This document shows positions 53,282-64,000 of a stretch of DNA of 64,000 nucleotides, in pieces. The first letter of the stretch is position 1. Every line of letters starts with the position of its first letter. The stretch covers positions 150,660,001-150,724,000 of the forward strand of contig OX597816.1 of NCBI GenBank assembly GCA_951406725.2, in the 5' to 3' direction. Position numbers and translations under genes: made by a program. The stretch comes from Octopus vulgaris (lineage: Eukaryota). The notes beneath the pieces are model-generated. The model searched no databases. It saw nothing but the letters and a program-made list of their open reading frames with translations, and was not told the origin of the DNA.

Positions 53282-54195
53282 CTGAAAAATAAACAAATGC
53301 AAAATGAAGCTAAATTGGTGAAAATATAAGAATCAAGAAGAGAGGGAGTAACAAAGAGAGGCATGGTAGTCATTAGGCTTGATAATGATTGAGATTATTT
53401 TGAAGTTATTTAAATATTTTTTCGTTATCTGTTTTGTACCTTCATAAAAATCAGGACTTTCTTTTCTTATACAGTAGCAGTAAAATAGCCCAGTAATGAG
53501 ATTGGATTATTAATGCAGATTAGATAGTCAAATTCTCTGCAGTTATTTGTGATGTCTTAAAGTATGCTTTCCACTTCTATATTGCTTCAATTACCATGTT
53601 GTACAATAAATACATATTGCACAACTGGTATCTTAGTTAGGAGAGGGCATGTCTGTTATTTGCTCAACAGTATCAAAACTGAAATTGAACAAAATCTTAT
53701 ACTGAATCTTAAAGTGGCAGTTATTTTTTTCAATTCCAGTCCATGGTTCCAGGTTCAGTCTCATAGCTTTGTACTAAGGGCAAACATCTTCAACTATAGC
53801 CCTGGTCTGACCAAAGCAGACAGGATAGCTGTGCTAGCATGGAAAACAAACATTAAACGATGATCTTGATGATTGATGAAGCAGCCCTTGGATGACATTT
53901 ACCTGTTTTTTTTATATGGAACACCTGCAGTTATCAATGCAGCAAGTCTTCCTTCACAGTAGCTTTGATGTTGTCCAAGGGTAAGGCAAAAGCTGATACA
54001 GCTTGGCACCAGTGCCATCATTTAAACATAAGTATATCAATTATATACTGCCATCTTGTGCCATTTCATCCAGCTGGTTTCATTAATTCAATACTTGGTA
54101 ATAACTACAAAGATTAGTATGTTTTTCTATATGTCTCACTCACTCAGTCTCTCTCTCTTTCATTACAGATACTGGAAAAATGAAAAGAAACCAAC

Positions 54196-54243
54196 CTATT
54201 GGCACAACTGGATAACTGAAACCAATTACATAGATGCCTTGCT
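54196..54243 (-). CDS. GCAT: GCAT short exon (QQGIYVIGFSYPVVPI)
   Basis: tttctacag acceptor, tag|gttggt donor; 48 nt, phase 1 to phase 1. GIYVIGFSYPVVP motif. Confidence 0.93.
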
Positions 54244-55208
54244 CTGTAGAAATAATGAAACAGAAAAATCATAAACATATTCAAATGTGAAAAAAAACAA
54301 AAATTTTACTTGGCCTAGTAAAACAGAAGTACAGAAATTATGAGGATTCCTCATCATTATCATTGATTCAATGTTTTATCTGTAGCAGTCATGCTGGTAT
54401 GTGCTGGATGTGAGAATCTCATACATTAGAATCTCCTTGTACAATTTCTAGGTGGTCTAAATGTGATATTAAATTTAGCATTGAGTCACTTTGCCTGCAT
54501 TTTTCTAGTCTGGCAAGAGAGAAGCCCACTCAGGCTGACTTCATCTACAAACACTGCATGAGGATAACATGATGGCTCAATGACTAATTAAAGCTTATCA
54601 AACCAGTTTCATTCCAAATGTCATACAATGCAATACTGATTTCTCACATAGGCATCTTTTCTATACCTTTACAAATGCTATATCCATTGCAGATATGACA
54701 AGGAGAATGTCAAAGAAAACTACTGTAATGCCCTTCATTCTGAAACTATAACAGTGTCATACATGCCCACAAGTTATATTCAGATGAAAATTTTTGGAGA
54801 AAAAAGAAAAATGTTCCATATTGACAATGAAGGACATTTTTGGAAAGATGTCTAACCACACCTGTCATCCCAGAACATTTTCTCTTTGGAATTCTCACCC
54901 TACAGTTGTTGACTTGCAACATTTTAGGTAGAATAATAATAGTGTCAATCTTACATGGCTTGTGAGAGCCTTTCCCTGAACCAAGCTAGTAATAAAAAAG
55001 GGAGACTCATTGAATTGGGAATGGTTTAAACCTAGTACCTTAAAATTCTAATATAAGTATTTATTACTAAACTGTTGCCTTCTCTAATGACAGCCATAAT
55101 CAAAGCAAACATTTAAATAAAATGCTGTATTTAGGAAATTTCAATATCAAAAAATGGCTTAAAATAAAGACCATCTCTTTTTAAATCTACAAAAGTTTGA
55201 TTACTTAC

Positions 55209-55287
55209 GCAGCATTTTATCAGCAAAATTTGAAGCAAGTCGAGCATCTCCCAGCATCACAGGACAAATTGGATGGTCAGGATCACC
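55209..55287 (-). CDS. GCAT: GCAT exon (GDPDHPICPVMLGDARLASNFADKML)
   Basis: ctctttag acceptor, c|gtaagt donor; 79 nt, phase 0 to phase 1. HPICPVMLGDARLA motif. Confidence 0.95.
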
Positions 55288-56964
55288 CTAAAGAGTAAAA
55301 TGCAAAAAAATATTAAACCTTATTAAGAAAAGTAGATTAATAATATCATGAGTGTCTTGTTCATCTCTTCTCATTTTTAAGAGGGAGGAGGACAGGCAGG
55401 CAGATATAGATATATGGTTTTATTTTTAAATTGGCAGAGAATGAAAATTTATAGAGGTATAGAGGATGATTGAATCCAGGACACAACACTTCTCTTATTA
55501 AGTTTAATGAAATGAATGGCAAAGTCAATCTGCAGAATTCTAATTCATAACATTAGTGATGAATTGGGGTAGTCATTAGAGCGCTGTATAGAATACCTCA
55601 TGGTTTTGTACCAACTTAATGTATCCTGAATTCAAATGCCACTGAGATCAACTTTGCCTTTCATCATCAATAAAATATCAACCCAGAGTGATGGATTAGT
55701 AAACACATAAGAAAATCATGTCAGATGCTTTATGGTATTTGTTCTACCCCTTTGTTTTGAGTTCAAATTCTGCCATTGCCTACTTGGGGGGTAAACTTAA
55801 TCTAATGCCTGGTTTAATACCTCTATCTTGCACTTTTGGGGCAGACCCTGACCTACTGCAAATATTTGGGCCAGCTTTCATGTTTGAGAATAACTTTCTT
55901 CCTCCCTCTAGTTTTGGATACCATGTAATGGGTCATGACTTCCTTACTGACTAAAAGATGAGAAAAAACAGAGTCATTCTATTGTTATATATTCTACATT
56001 TTATATATATACATTTACAAGTATATATAAGGCCTCCATCTATCAGGATTGATCATGAATCAACTCTTGCAATGTTCCTTTTTATGGTGCAGGTCTGGGC
56101 ATGTTTTTTTTGTTTTTTTTATGGAAGACCAGCAGTTATCAATGCAGCAAGTCTTCCTTCACAATGGCTTTGATGTTGTTCAAGGGGAAGGCAAAAGCTG
56201 ATACAGCTTGGCACCAGTGTCATCACTGACAAACTCAGAATGTGAAGGGCTGAAGCAAAAAACTGCAAGGTATTTTTGCCCCAAGTTCCAACAACTTTGC
56301 CAATCTAGAATTCTCAAGAACTGCTGAAAGCTTAATATTCATGTTTTCCAAAGATATTAATAGAAATATCAGGCTACTAATAGAAGTCCTTGTTGGTCAA
56401 TTTCCACAGCAAAGCTAAATATGGATATGAGTTCTTATATTTATCTACAGTATTTTTCTGTCAACATAATTGTTGTAGTTTTAAGGAAGATAACTCAAAC
56501 TTTATGAGTTAAAGAGGAATCATAATGGCAGTTTATTTTTCACCCTTGTCAGGAAAGAAACAATTTCTACCAGACCCAAAAGAACAATAAGACTGTATAC
56601 CTATTTGAAATTTCAAAGCTGTTGTTCATGAATATTCTCTTTTTATACTTATATGTATCAGTAAAGTATATAAGTATTAGCAAGAAAACCATACAATCAG
56701 TGCATTTTGAACAAAATTCTTTGTGATAATTGTTGTACATTAAGTTATTCTTGCTGTCAGAAATGCAGTGAACCAGTGATTGACCCATTAGAAACTTGTA
56801 ACCAATATTATTGTTCACCCAGGACTGATTCTGGAGACTAGATTCCAGACACAGAACAGATTCAGAGGAAAGGTTGTGAGTCTAAAATAAGCAAGCATTA
56901 GCAACAATGGCAATGACCTAGTAGGGCCACAGGCTCCAACTGAAACATAATAAATTAATAGGAC

Positions 56965-57320
56965 ACAGGCATACATGTGAGGCTAAGTCCCACTGCATGG
57001 CACCTTGGGCAAGTGTCTTCTACTATAGCCCTAAGCTAAACAAAGCTTTGTGAGTAGACTTGGTAGACAGAAACTGAAAGAAACCCATTGAGTGTGTGTG
57101 TGTGTGTACATGCATACCTCCTTATCTTGATATTATGTGGTAGCTATAAATGTCATTTCCAATCTTCTGTGAAAACCTGTCAGACCATGGGAAATATTAC
57201 CTAGCTTGGAAACAGGTGAAGGTTAGTGAAAGGAAGTGCACCCTACTGTAGAAAATTTACTTCAATAAAATTACCATGCTAGCATGGAAAAGTGGACATT
57301 AGAAAATGATAATGATGATG
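56965..57320 (+). mobile_element. tRNA-derived SINE with an RTE-type 3' tail (GCAT intron)
   Basis: caccttgggcaagtgtcttctactatagc core, (TG)n, then a ccatgctagcatggaaaagtggacatta...(gat)n tail. Sister copy at 58128-58508. Confidence 0.7.
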
Positions 57321-57360
57321 AATGCAGTTAATGAGATAGATAAAAAGAAGTAAAACTTAC

Positions 57361-57462
57361 AGACATGGTAAAGCCAGCATTGACCATCTGAGTTCGAAAA
57401 CGTTTTGTATTTGACAGAACCTTACCAGTCAGGCTGTCATCTTGCATGATAAGATCTAATGC
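57361..57462 (-). CDS. GCAT: GCAT exon (ALDLIMQDDSLTGKVLSNTKRFRTQMVNAGFTMS)
   Basis: tttttag acceptor, tct|gtaagt donor; 102 nt, phase 0 to phase 0. Matches the GCAT NTxRFRxxMxxAGF motif. Confidence 0.93.
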
Positions 57463-57605
57463 CTAAAAAAAGAGAAAAACCAATCAATAAAAGCTATCAC
57501 ATTACATTAGGTACATTATGAACGTATACCTTATCTATTGTAAATAGTATACAGCTAGAAGTATATATTGAAGGTGTGATTTTACAGCTACACTTTTTAT
57601 AAATA

Positions 57606-58110
57606 TCGTAAATCCTCGAGTATAATCTGCATTTTTTCCCCAAAAAATTTAAAGGTCAAAATCCCTAGTGCATACTATATACGAGGTTAAAAATGAAAAA
57701 TATTTTCTAAGCAATGTCTGAGTCTCTATTTGCTGTCCAGCAATGTTTATTCAGATGCATTTTGTGATATCGGGCACGAAAATACCTTAAGCTAAGCCTG
57801 AAAGCAATGAAGTCATAAAAGAATCATCCATAACTTGCAGTAAGCAACATTTATTAAAATAAAAGTATTCAGAACACAGAATAACATGTGACAAAAACAA
57901 TTTGCAAACATATTTACATTCCCATATAACAGTTAAGAACATCATCATTATTGTATTACACATGTATGGAAGTGTTTGTTTGACTAGGTGCTGCTGGTTT
58001 AATTATGCACAACTCAAGTAGAGAAGAGGTACGTATTAGACACAAAGCTTAGGTTTATCAGAGGTAGAGCCCCTAAAAATCCCCTGCATATTATACTCCA
58101 GGATTTATGG
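57606..58110. mobile_element. Tc2/pogo-like non-autonomous element (GCAT intron)
   Basis: TIRs ta|tcgtaaatcctcgagtataatctgca ... tgcatattatactccaggatttatgg|ta with a TA TSD. Confidence 0.8.
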
Positions 58111-59836
58111 TAGTGTATTTATAAATAGGAGTAGGTGTGACTGTGTGGTTAAGAAGCTAACTTCCAAACAATGTGGTCCTGGGTTCAGGCCTGCTGCACA
58201 GTACCTTGGGCAAGTATATTCTAGTCCTGAGCTGATTAAAACCTTGTGAGTGGATTTCTAAGACAAAAACTGAAAGAAACCCATTGTGTGAATATGTATG
58301 TGTGTCCTTGTTTTCAGACCACATGCATGTTGTTCATTTTTAGTCTTCATGAAAAACATGTTTGGCCAGGGAAAATATTACCTTACTTGGAAACACATGA
58401 AGGCTGGCAACAGAAAGGGTGTCTGGCTAAAGAATATCAGCCTTAACAAAAAAATCCCATCCTAACCATGTAAGCATGGAAAATTGAACATTAAAGCAAT
58501 GATGATGATATATATAATTCCTTCCCACTCTTTCCCACTAATCACCCCTTTCTATGCCTCCAGTTATCACTCGTTATCCTCTGAGTTACATTTTATGACT
58601 GCTATACCTTATCTTTAACACCTTTTATCTCTTATCCCCCTCATATCTGCCATCAATGACCCCCACCTCCTTGTCCATCACTCAGTATAGCTACTCCTAA
58701 GTACTGCCGACATCCATCTCTGTCACAGTACACCTTCCCCACCCCCACCACCTACTCTCCCATACCAAACATCATATTTCTATTTTCTGAGCTATCTACA
58801 GGTTATTACACAGCAGTTCTCCACTCTTACTGAACAACATTTAACACCTTTCTAAACCACTCCTATTCTTTCACATTCCCCTCCCATCATAATGATATTC
58901 ACCCACAACCACACCTCCCCCCTTGTTCATTATACTACATTCACCTCTTCACTCATCTAAAACCATTATCATCAGCATCATCATTGTCTTCTTTCAAGCT
59001 ACTCCCACCCAACCTTACATAATGCATTGTAGTCATTTATCTCCTCTATCATACTCTAGCCTACTACAATCCCACCCACTCAAAGGGTCATTTCTTTCTT
59101 TTTTTGTGTGTGTGTTTTGAGAGTTAATTAGTGACATCAAAAGTGCTGGCTTCATGAAAAGCATCCACTACAGTCTGTAAAATGGTTAGTATTACAAAAG
59201 ACATCCAGCTATAGAAACCATGCCTAATCAGCTATTGGAGCACAATGCAGTCCTTCAGCTTGTTGGATCTTGCCAAAACATCCAATTCATGCTAGCATAG
59301 ATGGATGTGAAATGATGATGATGTGTGAGTGTGTGTGTGTATTACCATAATCTTCACTTGTATTTGCTGGTTGTAAGCAGTAGCTCACAGCACAGTATCA
59401 TTTATCATTTTGCTGCAAAAGCAAATCTGGGCTTCTTGATATGACTTGACATGCTGCATAATCTTTGTAAATAAAATCTCATTCAATGTTGTTTGTTTCC
59501 AGTTTTCCTTATAAAAATGTCCAGACTGTTTGCTGTTTGGTAGATTATTACCTCGTTTGGAAACAGATGGACATTAACAACAGAACACCTAGCTGTAGAA
59601 AACTCTGCTTCAACATACTTTCATCCGACACATAAACATGGAAAAGTAGACATTAAAATGATGATGATGATATAGCCTTCATTTTCATAATGATGTTCAA
59701 ATTCCCCTTGTTACAATACTTATATATTGTTTCATGTTTTACACCTTACAACTTCTCACATTGTCAATGATTATCACGACAATGTAGGACAGTTAATTAG
59801 TACACAAATATTCCAGAGATGTTAGATGTTACTAAC

Positions 59837-59946
59837 CTTGCTAGCACTGGCCACAACTGGAGGTGGAAGTGTGTTGGAGAATAAGTATGGGCGAGACCTC
59901 TGTCGTAACAAATCAATCAAAGCCTTGGGTCCAGTAGTATATCCAC
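59837..59946 (-). CDS. GCAT: GCAT exon ([37 protein letters not shown])
   Basis: tttcag acceptor, aag|gttagt donor; 110 nt, phase 1 to phase 0. [12 protein letters not shown] is diagnostic of KBL/GCAT. Confidence 0.95.
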
Positions 59947-60750
59947 CTGAAATTCAGGAATTAGAAATAGAAAACAAAGAAATATATATATCATTATCAC
60001 TTAACATCCATTGTCTACACTGGCATGGATTGGACGGTTTGACTAGGCTGGCATGCTGGAAGGCTGCACCAGACTCCAGTCTGATTTAGTATGGTTTTCT
60101 ATGGCTGGATACCTTTCCTAACGCCAACCACGCTGAAAGTGTAATGGGTGCTTTTACATGTCACCGGCATGGAGGCCAATTTGCGTGACACCGGGGTGCT
60201 TTTACATACCACTGGCACAGGTGCTAATTTACTTGACACCAATATCTGTAACGGCTGTGATTTTGCTCGGCTTGATGGGTATTTTTGACAAGCACAACAT
60301 AATGCCAAAGGTCTCAGTCATTGCCTCCATGAGGTCCAACATTCCTCCAGGGGAATGATAGGTATATATGTTTGCTATATGCAATATAGGAAACAAATAT
60401 CAAACTCCTGATAACTTATAAAAGTTGTTAAAAACTAGATGAGAGTAATGATTATGAAGGGGATGAGCAAAGTAATGAAAAAAGAGCTGTTGCTCATGAT
60501 ATTAATGATGTTGATGGTATTTTTGCTGTTGCTGCTAATAATGATGATGGTATTATTAGGTGCTGCTGCTGATGAAGGTAATGGTGATAAAAAAAGATAA
60601 CAGTTTTTTATAGTGAAACAAATGATAGCAATGATGACGATAATATAGCAATCATATAGCAATAACAATAACCATAACATTATAATATTGAAGCAGACAA
60701 AAATATGATTAAAAAAGATCTCATTGGTGTGATAATGACATCAGGCTTAC

Positions 60751-60833
60751 CTGCAGCACCACCCAATGCTTTTCCAAGGGTAGAATTGATGATATCAACA
60801 CGGCCTTCAATGCCATAATATTCTTCAGTTCCT
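60751..60833 (-). CDS. GCAT: GCAT exon (GTEEYYGIEGRVDIINSTLGKALGGAA)
   Basis: tttctag acceptor, cag|gtaagc donor; 83 nt. STLGKALGG carries the PLP Schiff-base lysine. Confidence 0.95.
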
Positions 60834-61241
60834 CTAGAAAAAGGAAAGATATAAAAATATAACTGTAAATTTTCAGTCACATTTAGACAAGTAGTAACTA
60901 ACTGAAAAACTTATTAAATAAAGGACTACCAAAAGATAAATAGTATAAGGAAAATTAGTTATAACATAGAATAGAAATTTAACTCCTGAAAATTCTCTAC
61001 TTAAAAAATAGGAGTGTATAAAATTACAGGTTAAAGAATAGATACAGGCATGACTGTGTGATTAAGAAGCTTGTTTTGCAACCATACAGTTTAAGAGTTC
61101 AATCCCATTGTAGGCAAGGGTCTTCTATTATAGCCACGGGCTGACCAATGCTTTGAGTGAATTTGGTTGACAAAATCGTGTCAAAGGTCATTGTGTGTGT
61201 GTGTGTGTATGTATGCATGCATGCACGCATGCATACATATA

Positions 61242-62090
61242 CAGGGCACGATGAATAAGATGTCATCTAAATTACGTAAAAATGAAAATAACACTGACCT
61301 CTCATTTTAACAGATATATTTACTAAAATTACATAAAAATATCTTGAAATACTAAAGAGTAAATTTATTCCCTAAAATCACCATTGGCTTCAACTACAGC
61401 CTCCAGATGACTTCAGAATCTCCTGCAACTCTTCTGCTTGGTCTCCGTGTTTAAGTTGGTGAATGTTGCCATAATCCTTGCCTTCAATTCATCTTTAGTC
61501 TTACAAGGAGTTTTGTTAGTTTCTTGCTCAACTGCACCCCACACATAATAATCAAAGGGGTTGCAGTCTGGGGTGATGTGATCGCAGAAATTGTCTGACA
61601 GCCATGACTGGGTTCTCATGCTTGTGTGGCATGGTGTAGAGTCCTGTTATCAAACATAGGGTCTTCCAGCAGCCACCTTCTTGACCCAGGGCAGCACTAT
61701 TTCCTCCAGGCACTTGATATAGGCCTCCATGTTGAGTCTGAGGCCACCTGGGAAGATGACTGGAAGCATAACGTTGCTATCACTAGTGATCACTCCAAAT
61801 ACCATGATGTTGACTGGATGTTTGATTTTTATCACTCTTGGTACATGTCCTCAGATTGACACCCAGACCCTTTGAAATTCTCATATTGGTGCTTCTAGCA
61901 CGAATGCCAAGCAATACAGTATGTCATTTTCAAATTTCTAGCAGAGTGAATTGCATCATGGTGCTGTTTTTCTCATAGATGGTGTCCAACTGACCTTACT
62001 ATACTGTGTAGTCGACAAAATCAAAAACAAGCAATGTGCATGCACGAAATTAAAAATATAAAATGGTGACAATTTACACATTGCACCCTG
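61242..62090 (-). mobile_element. Internally deleted maT (DD37D-like) element (GCAT intron)
   Basis: Imperfect TIRs cagggcacgatgaataagatgtcatc / ggtgacaatttacacattgcaccctg, TA on both sides; KHPVNIMVFGVITSDS..M...GLRLN..AY and PDCNPFDYYVWG transposase remnants. Confidence 0.85.
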
Positions 62091-62362
62091 TAAATATATG
62101 TGTATGTGAGTTTGTCTGTCCTCCCACCACTTGACAACGGGTGTTTACATCCTCGTAACTTAGTAGATCGGCAAAAGAGACTGATAGTAAAGGTGTCAGA
62201 CTTTCAAAAATAAGTACTGGGGCCACTTCATTTGAATAAACCCTTCAAAGTGGTGCCTCAACGTGGCCACAATCCAATGACTGAAACAAGGTAAATAGAA
62301 TTATATAACATCATTTGTTCATATTGAAAAGCAAACAAGGAAAGAAAGGAAATTTGAATTAC

Positions 62363-62449
62363 CTGCCAGTCTTACCAAAGAATCCAGTAGCATGACATTC
62401 ATCAATAAACACAATAGCATTGTATTTGTCAGCTAAGTCACAGATGTCT
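62363..62449 (-). CDS. GCAT: GCAT exon ([29 protein letters not shown])
   Basis: ttttcag acceptor and ag|gtaatt donor on the minus strand; 87 nt, phase 2 to phase 2. Contains the DECH PLP-binding motif of 2-amino-3-ketobutyrate CoA ligase. Upstream exons lie beyond the window end. Confidence 0.95.
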
Positions 62450-62613
62450 CTGAAAAGAAGAAAAATTAAGAAGTTTAGTTTCAAATGTTCAGAAGTTACC
62501 AAGGTGGGAAAAATACCTTGAAAGTTACAAAGGATTAGGAATGATGATAGCAACTTATTTTATACTGTTTTAAGTTGAATGAAAAATGAAAAGATAATTG
62601 TTTATATAATATA

Positions 62614-62830
62614 TGATGAGGTGCTGAAAAGTTACTGGCTTTGGTTAAAAGAAAACACAGGAGGATAAGTTAATTATGATTTTATTCAACATATCCCCCT
62701 CTTAGGTTCCCACACTTATTGCAGCAGGCTTTCAGTTATTCTAAGCCCTGTAAAAGAACTAGGAAGGTTGGGCCTCCAGCCAGGCCTTTCACAATACTCT
62801 TAAAGCCAGGAACTTTTCAGCACCTCCTCG
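62614..62830. mobile_element. Mariner-derived MITE (217 bp)
   Basis: TIRs ta|tgatgaggtgctgaaaagttactggcttt ... aaagccaggaacttttcagcacctcctcg|ta. Confidence 0.85.
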
Positions 62831-63105
62831 TACTTAATGGTTGAGAGTGGCATTTGGCTGGATTACTATAAAAAGAGAACATGACTGGTAAAAACTAGTA
62901 AATCTGCAAAAAACCAATTTACTCATGGAAAATCCAAAATGGCTATAAAAGAGAGTGTAACTTAATATATAAAAACAGTGAAGCCAGGTCAACATGAAAA
63001 GAAAATATAACTATTTTGAATTATTTGCTGAGGGTAACAAACAAGGTCATTACAATTATCATAATTTTAACATCCGTTTATCCATATTGGCATGGGTAGG
63101 ACATA

Positions 63106-64000
63106 CGAGGGGCGTTCAATAAGTAATGTCTCTGACCCACTTGCAGTTGTTTGATCTAGCTGAAATTTTGCATGTGCAATTATTCATATCTCCATAGATG
63201 AAGTGGTAAATTACAGCTCTGAACTAATTGTGGTTTCTGATTTACAGGTGTTTGAACTGAGTCAAGTGTGAAATGGAGCCTGTTGAGTGTCGGGCAGTGA
63301 TCCGCTTTTTATATTTGAAAGGACGCACACCACGGGAGACTTTTGATGAAATGAAAGTAACTTATGGTGATGATGCCCCATCATATGACCTTGTAAAACG
63401 CTGGCATTGTGAATTCAAACATGGTCGGAACTCTGTGGAAACAGCTCCCAGATCTGGTCGCCCCCTACTGCTATTGATGAGGCATCTGTCCATCAAGTTC
63501 AGGCTGCCATTTTGGAAGATCGATGCATAACTATTCGCCAAATAGCCCATGAGGTCAAGATTAGTACTGGGTCTGTGGAAACCAATCATTCATGACCATT
63601 TGCGTATGCAAAAGGTGTCTGCCATATGGATTCCCAGGTTGCTCACACCTTTCCGGAAGCAAGAACGCGTCGAGTGCTCGAGGACGAATTTGGAGATGTG
63701 CCAAGAAGATGAGTCAAAATTTTTCAAAAGACTGATTACACAGGATGAAACCTGGGTCCATCACTATGATCCAGAGACAAAAGCCCAGTCAATGCAGTGG
63801 AAGCACCGTGACTCACCTCCTCCAAAGAAGACAAGGGTGCAGCCCTCAGCTAGCAAGGTCATGCTCACAGTCTTCTGGGACCAGGATGGAGTAGTGATGA
63901 CAGATTTCCTGGCAAAGGGTACCACAATTACAGGAGCCTATTATGCTTCACTTTTGATGAAATTAAGAGAAGCTATCAAAATCAAGAGGCGGGGCAAGAT
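63106..64000 (+). mobile_element. Mariner transposon (irritans/Hsmar2-like), frameshifted, runs off the window end; in a GCAT intron
   Basis: ta|cgaggggcgttcaataagt TIR; ORF from 63273 RAVIRFLYLKG...PRSGRP, then WIPRLLT, ITQDETWVHHYDPETKAQSMQW and KVMLTVFWD..G after frameshifts. Confidence 0.92.

Overview
AT-rich, intron- and repeat-rich animal genomic DNA. The SINE, LINE and microsatellite content suggests an octopus (coleoid cephalopod); this is inferred, not proven. Three protein-coding genes can be reconstructed exon by exon with consistent splice phases: (1) the last four coding exons of a DCP1 mRNA-decapping cofactor (+, 2491-8967); (2) the first coding exon of an EDEM1-like ERAD mannosidase (+, 31124-31383), behind a compact CCAAT/TATA promoter; (3) the last seven coding exons of GCAT, 2-amino-3-ketobutyrate CoA ligase (-, 62449-53172). 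I could not find EDEM1 exon 2 anywhere downstream, so GCAT appears to be nested antisense inside a >32 kb EDEM1 first intron. The rest is transposon debris: RTE and R4/Dong-like LINEs, a Penelope-like element, maT (DD37D), Tc1 and mariner transposases, several MITEs with TIRs/TSDs, tRNA-derived SINEs and microsatellites. The most notable unexplained items are a chain of minus-strand exon-like segments at ~19.9-26.6 kb (candidate unannotated spliced transcript), several foldback structures, and an overlapping upstream ORF on EDEM1. Most short ORFs in the supplied track are repeat artefacts. I see no convincing evidence of a wholly new biological system; the findings are hypotheses to test.
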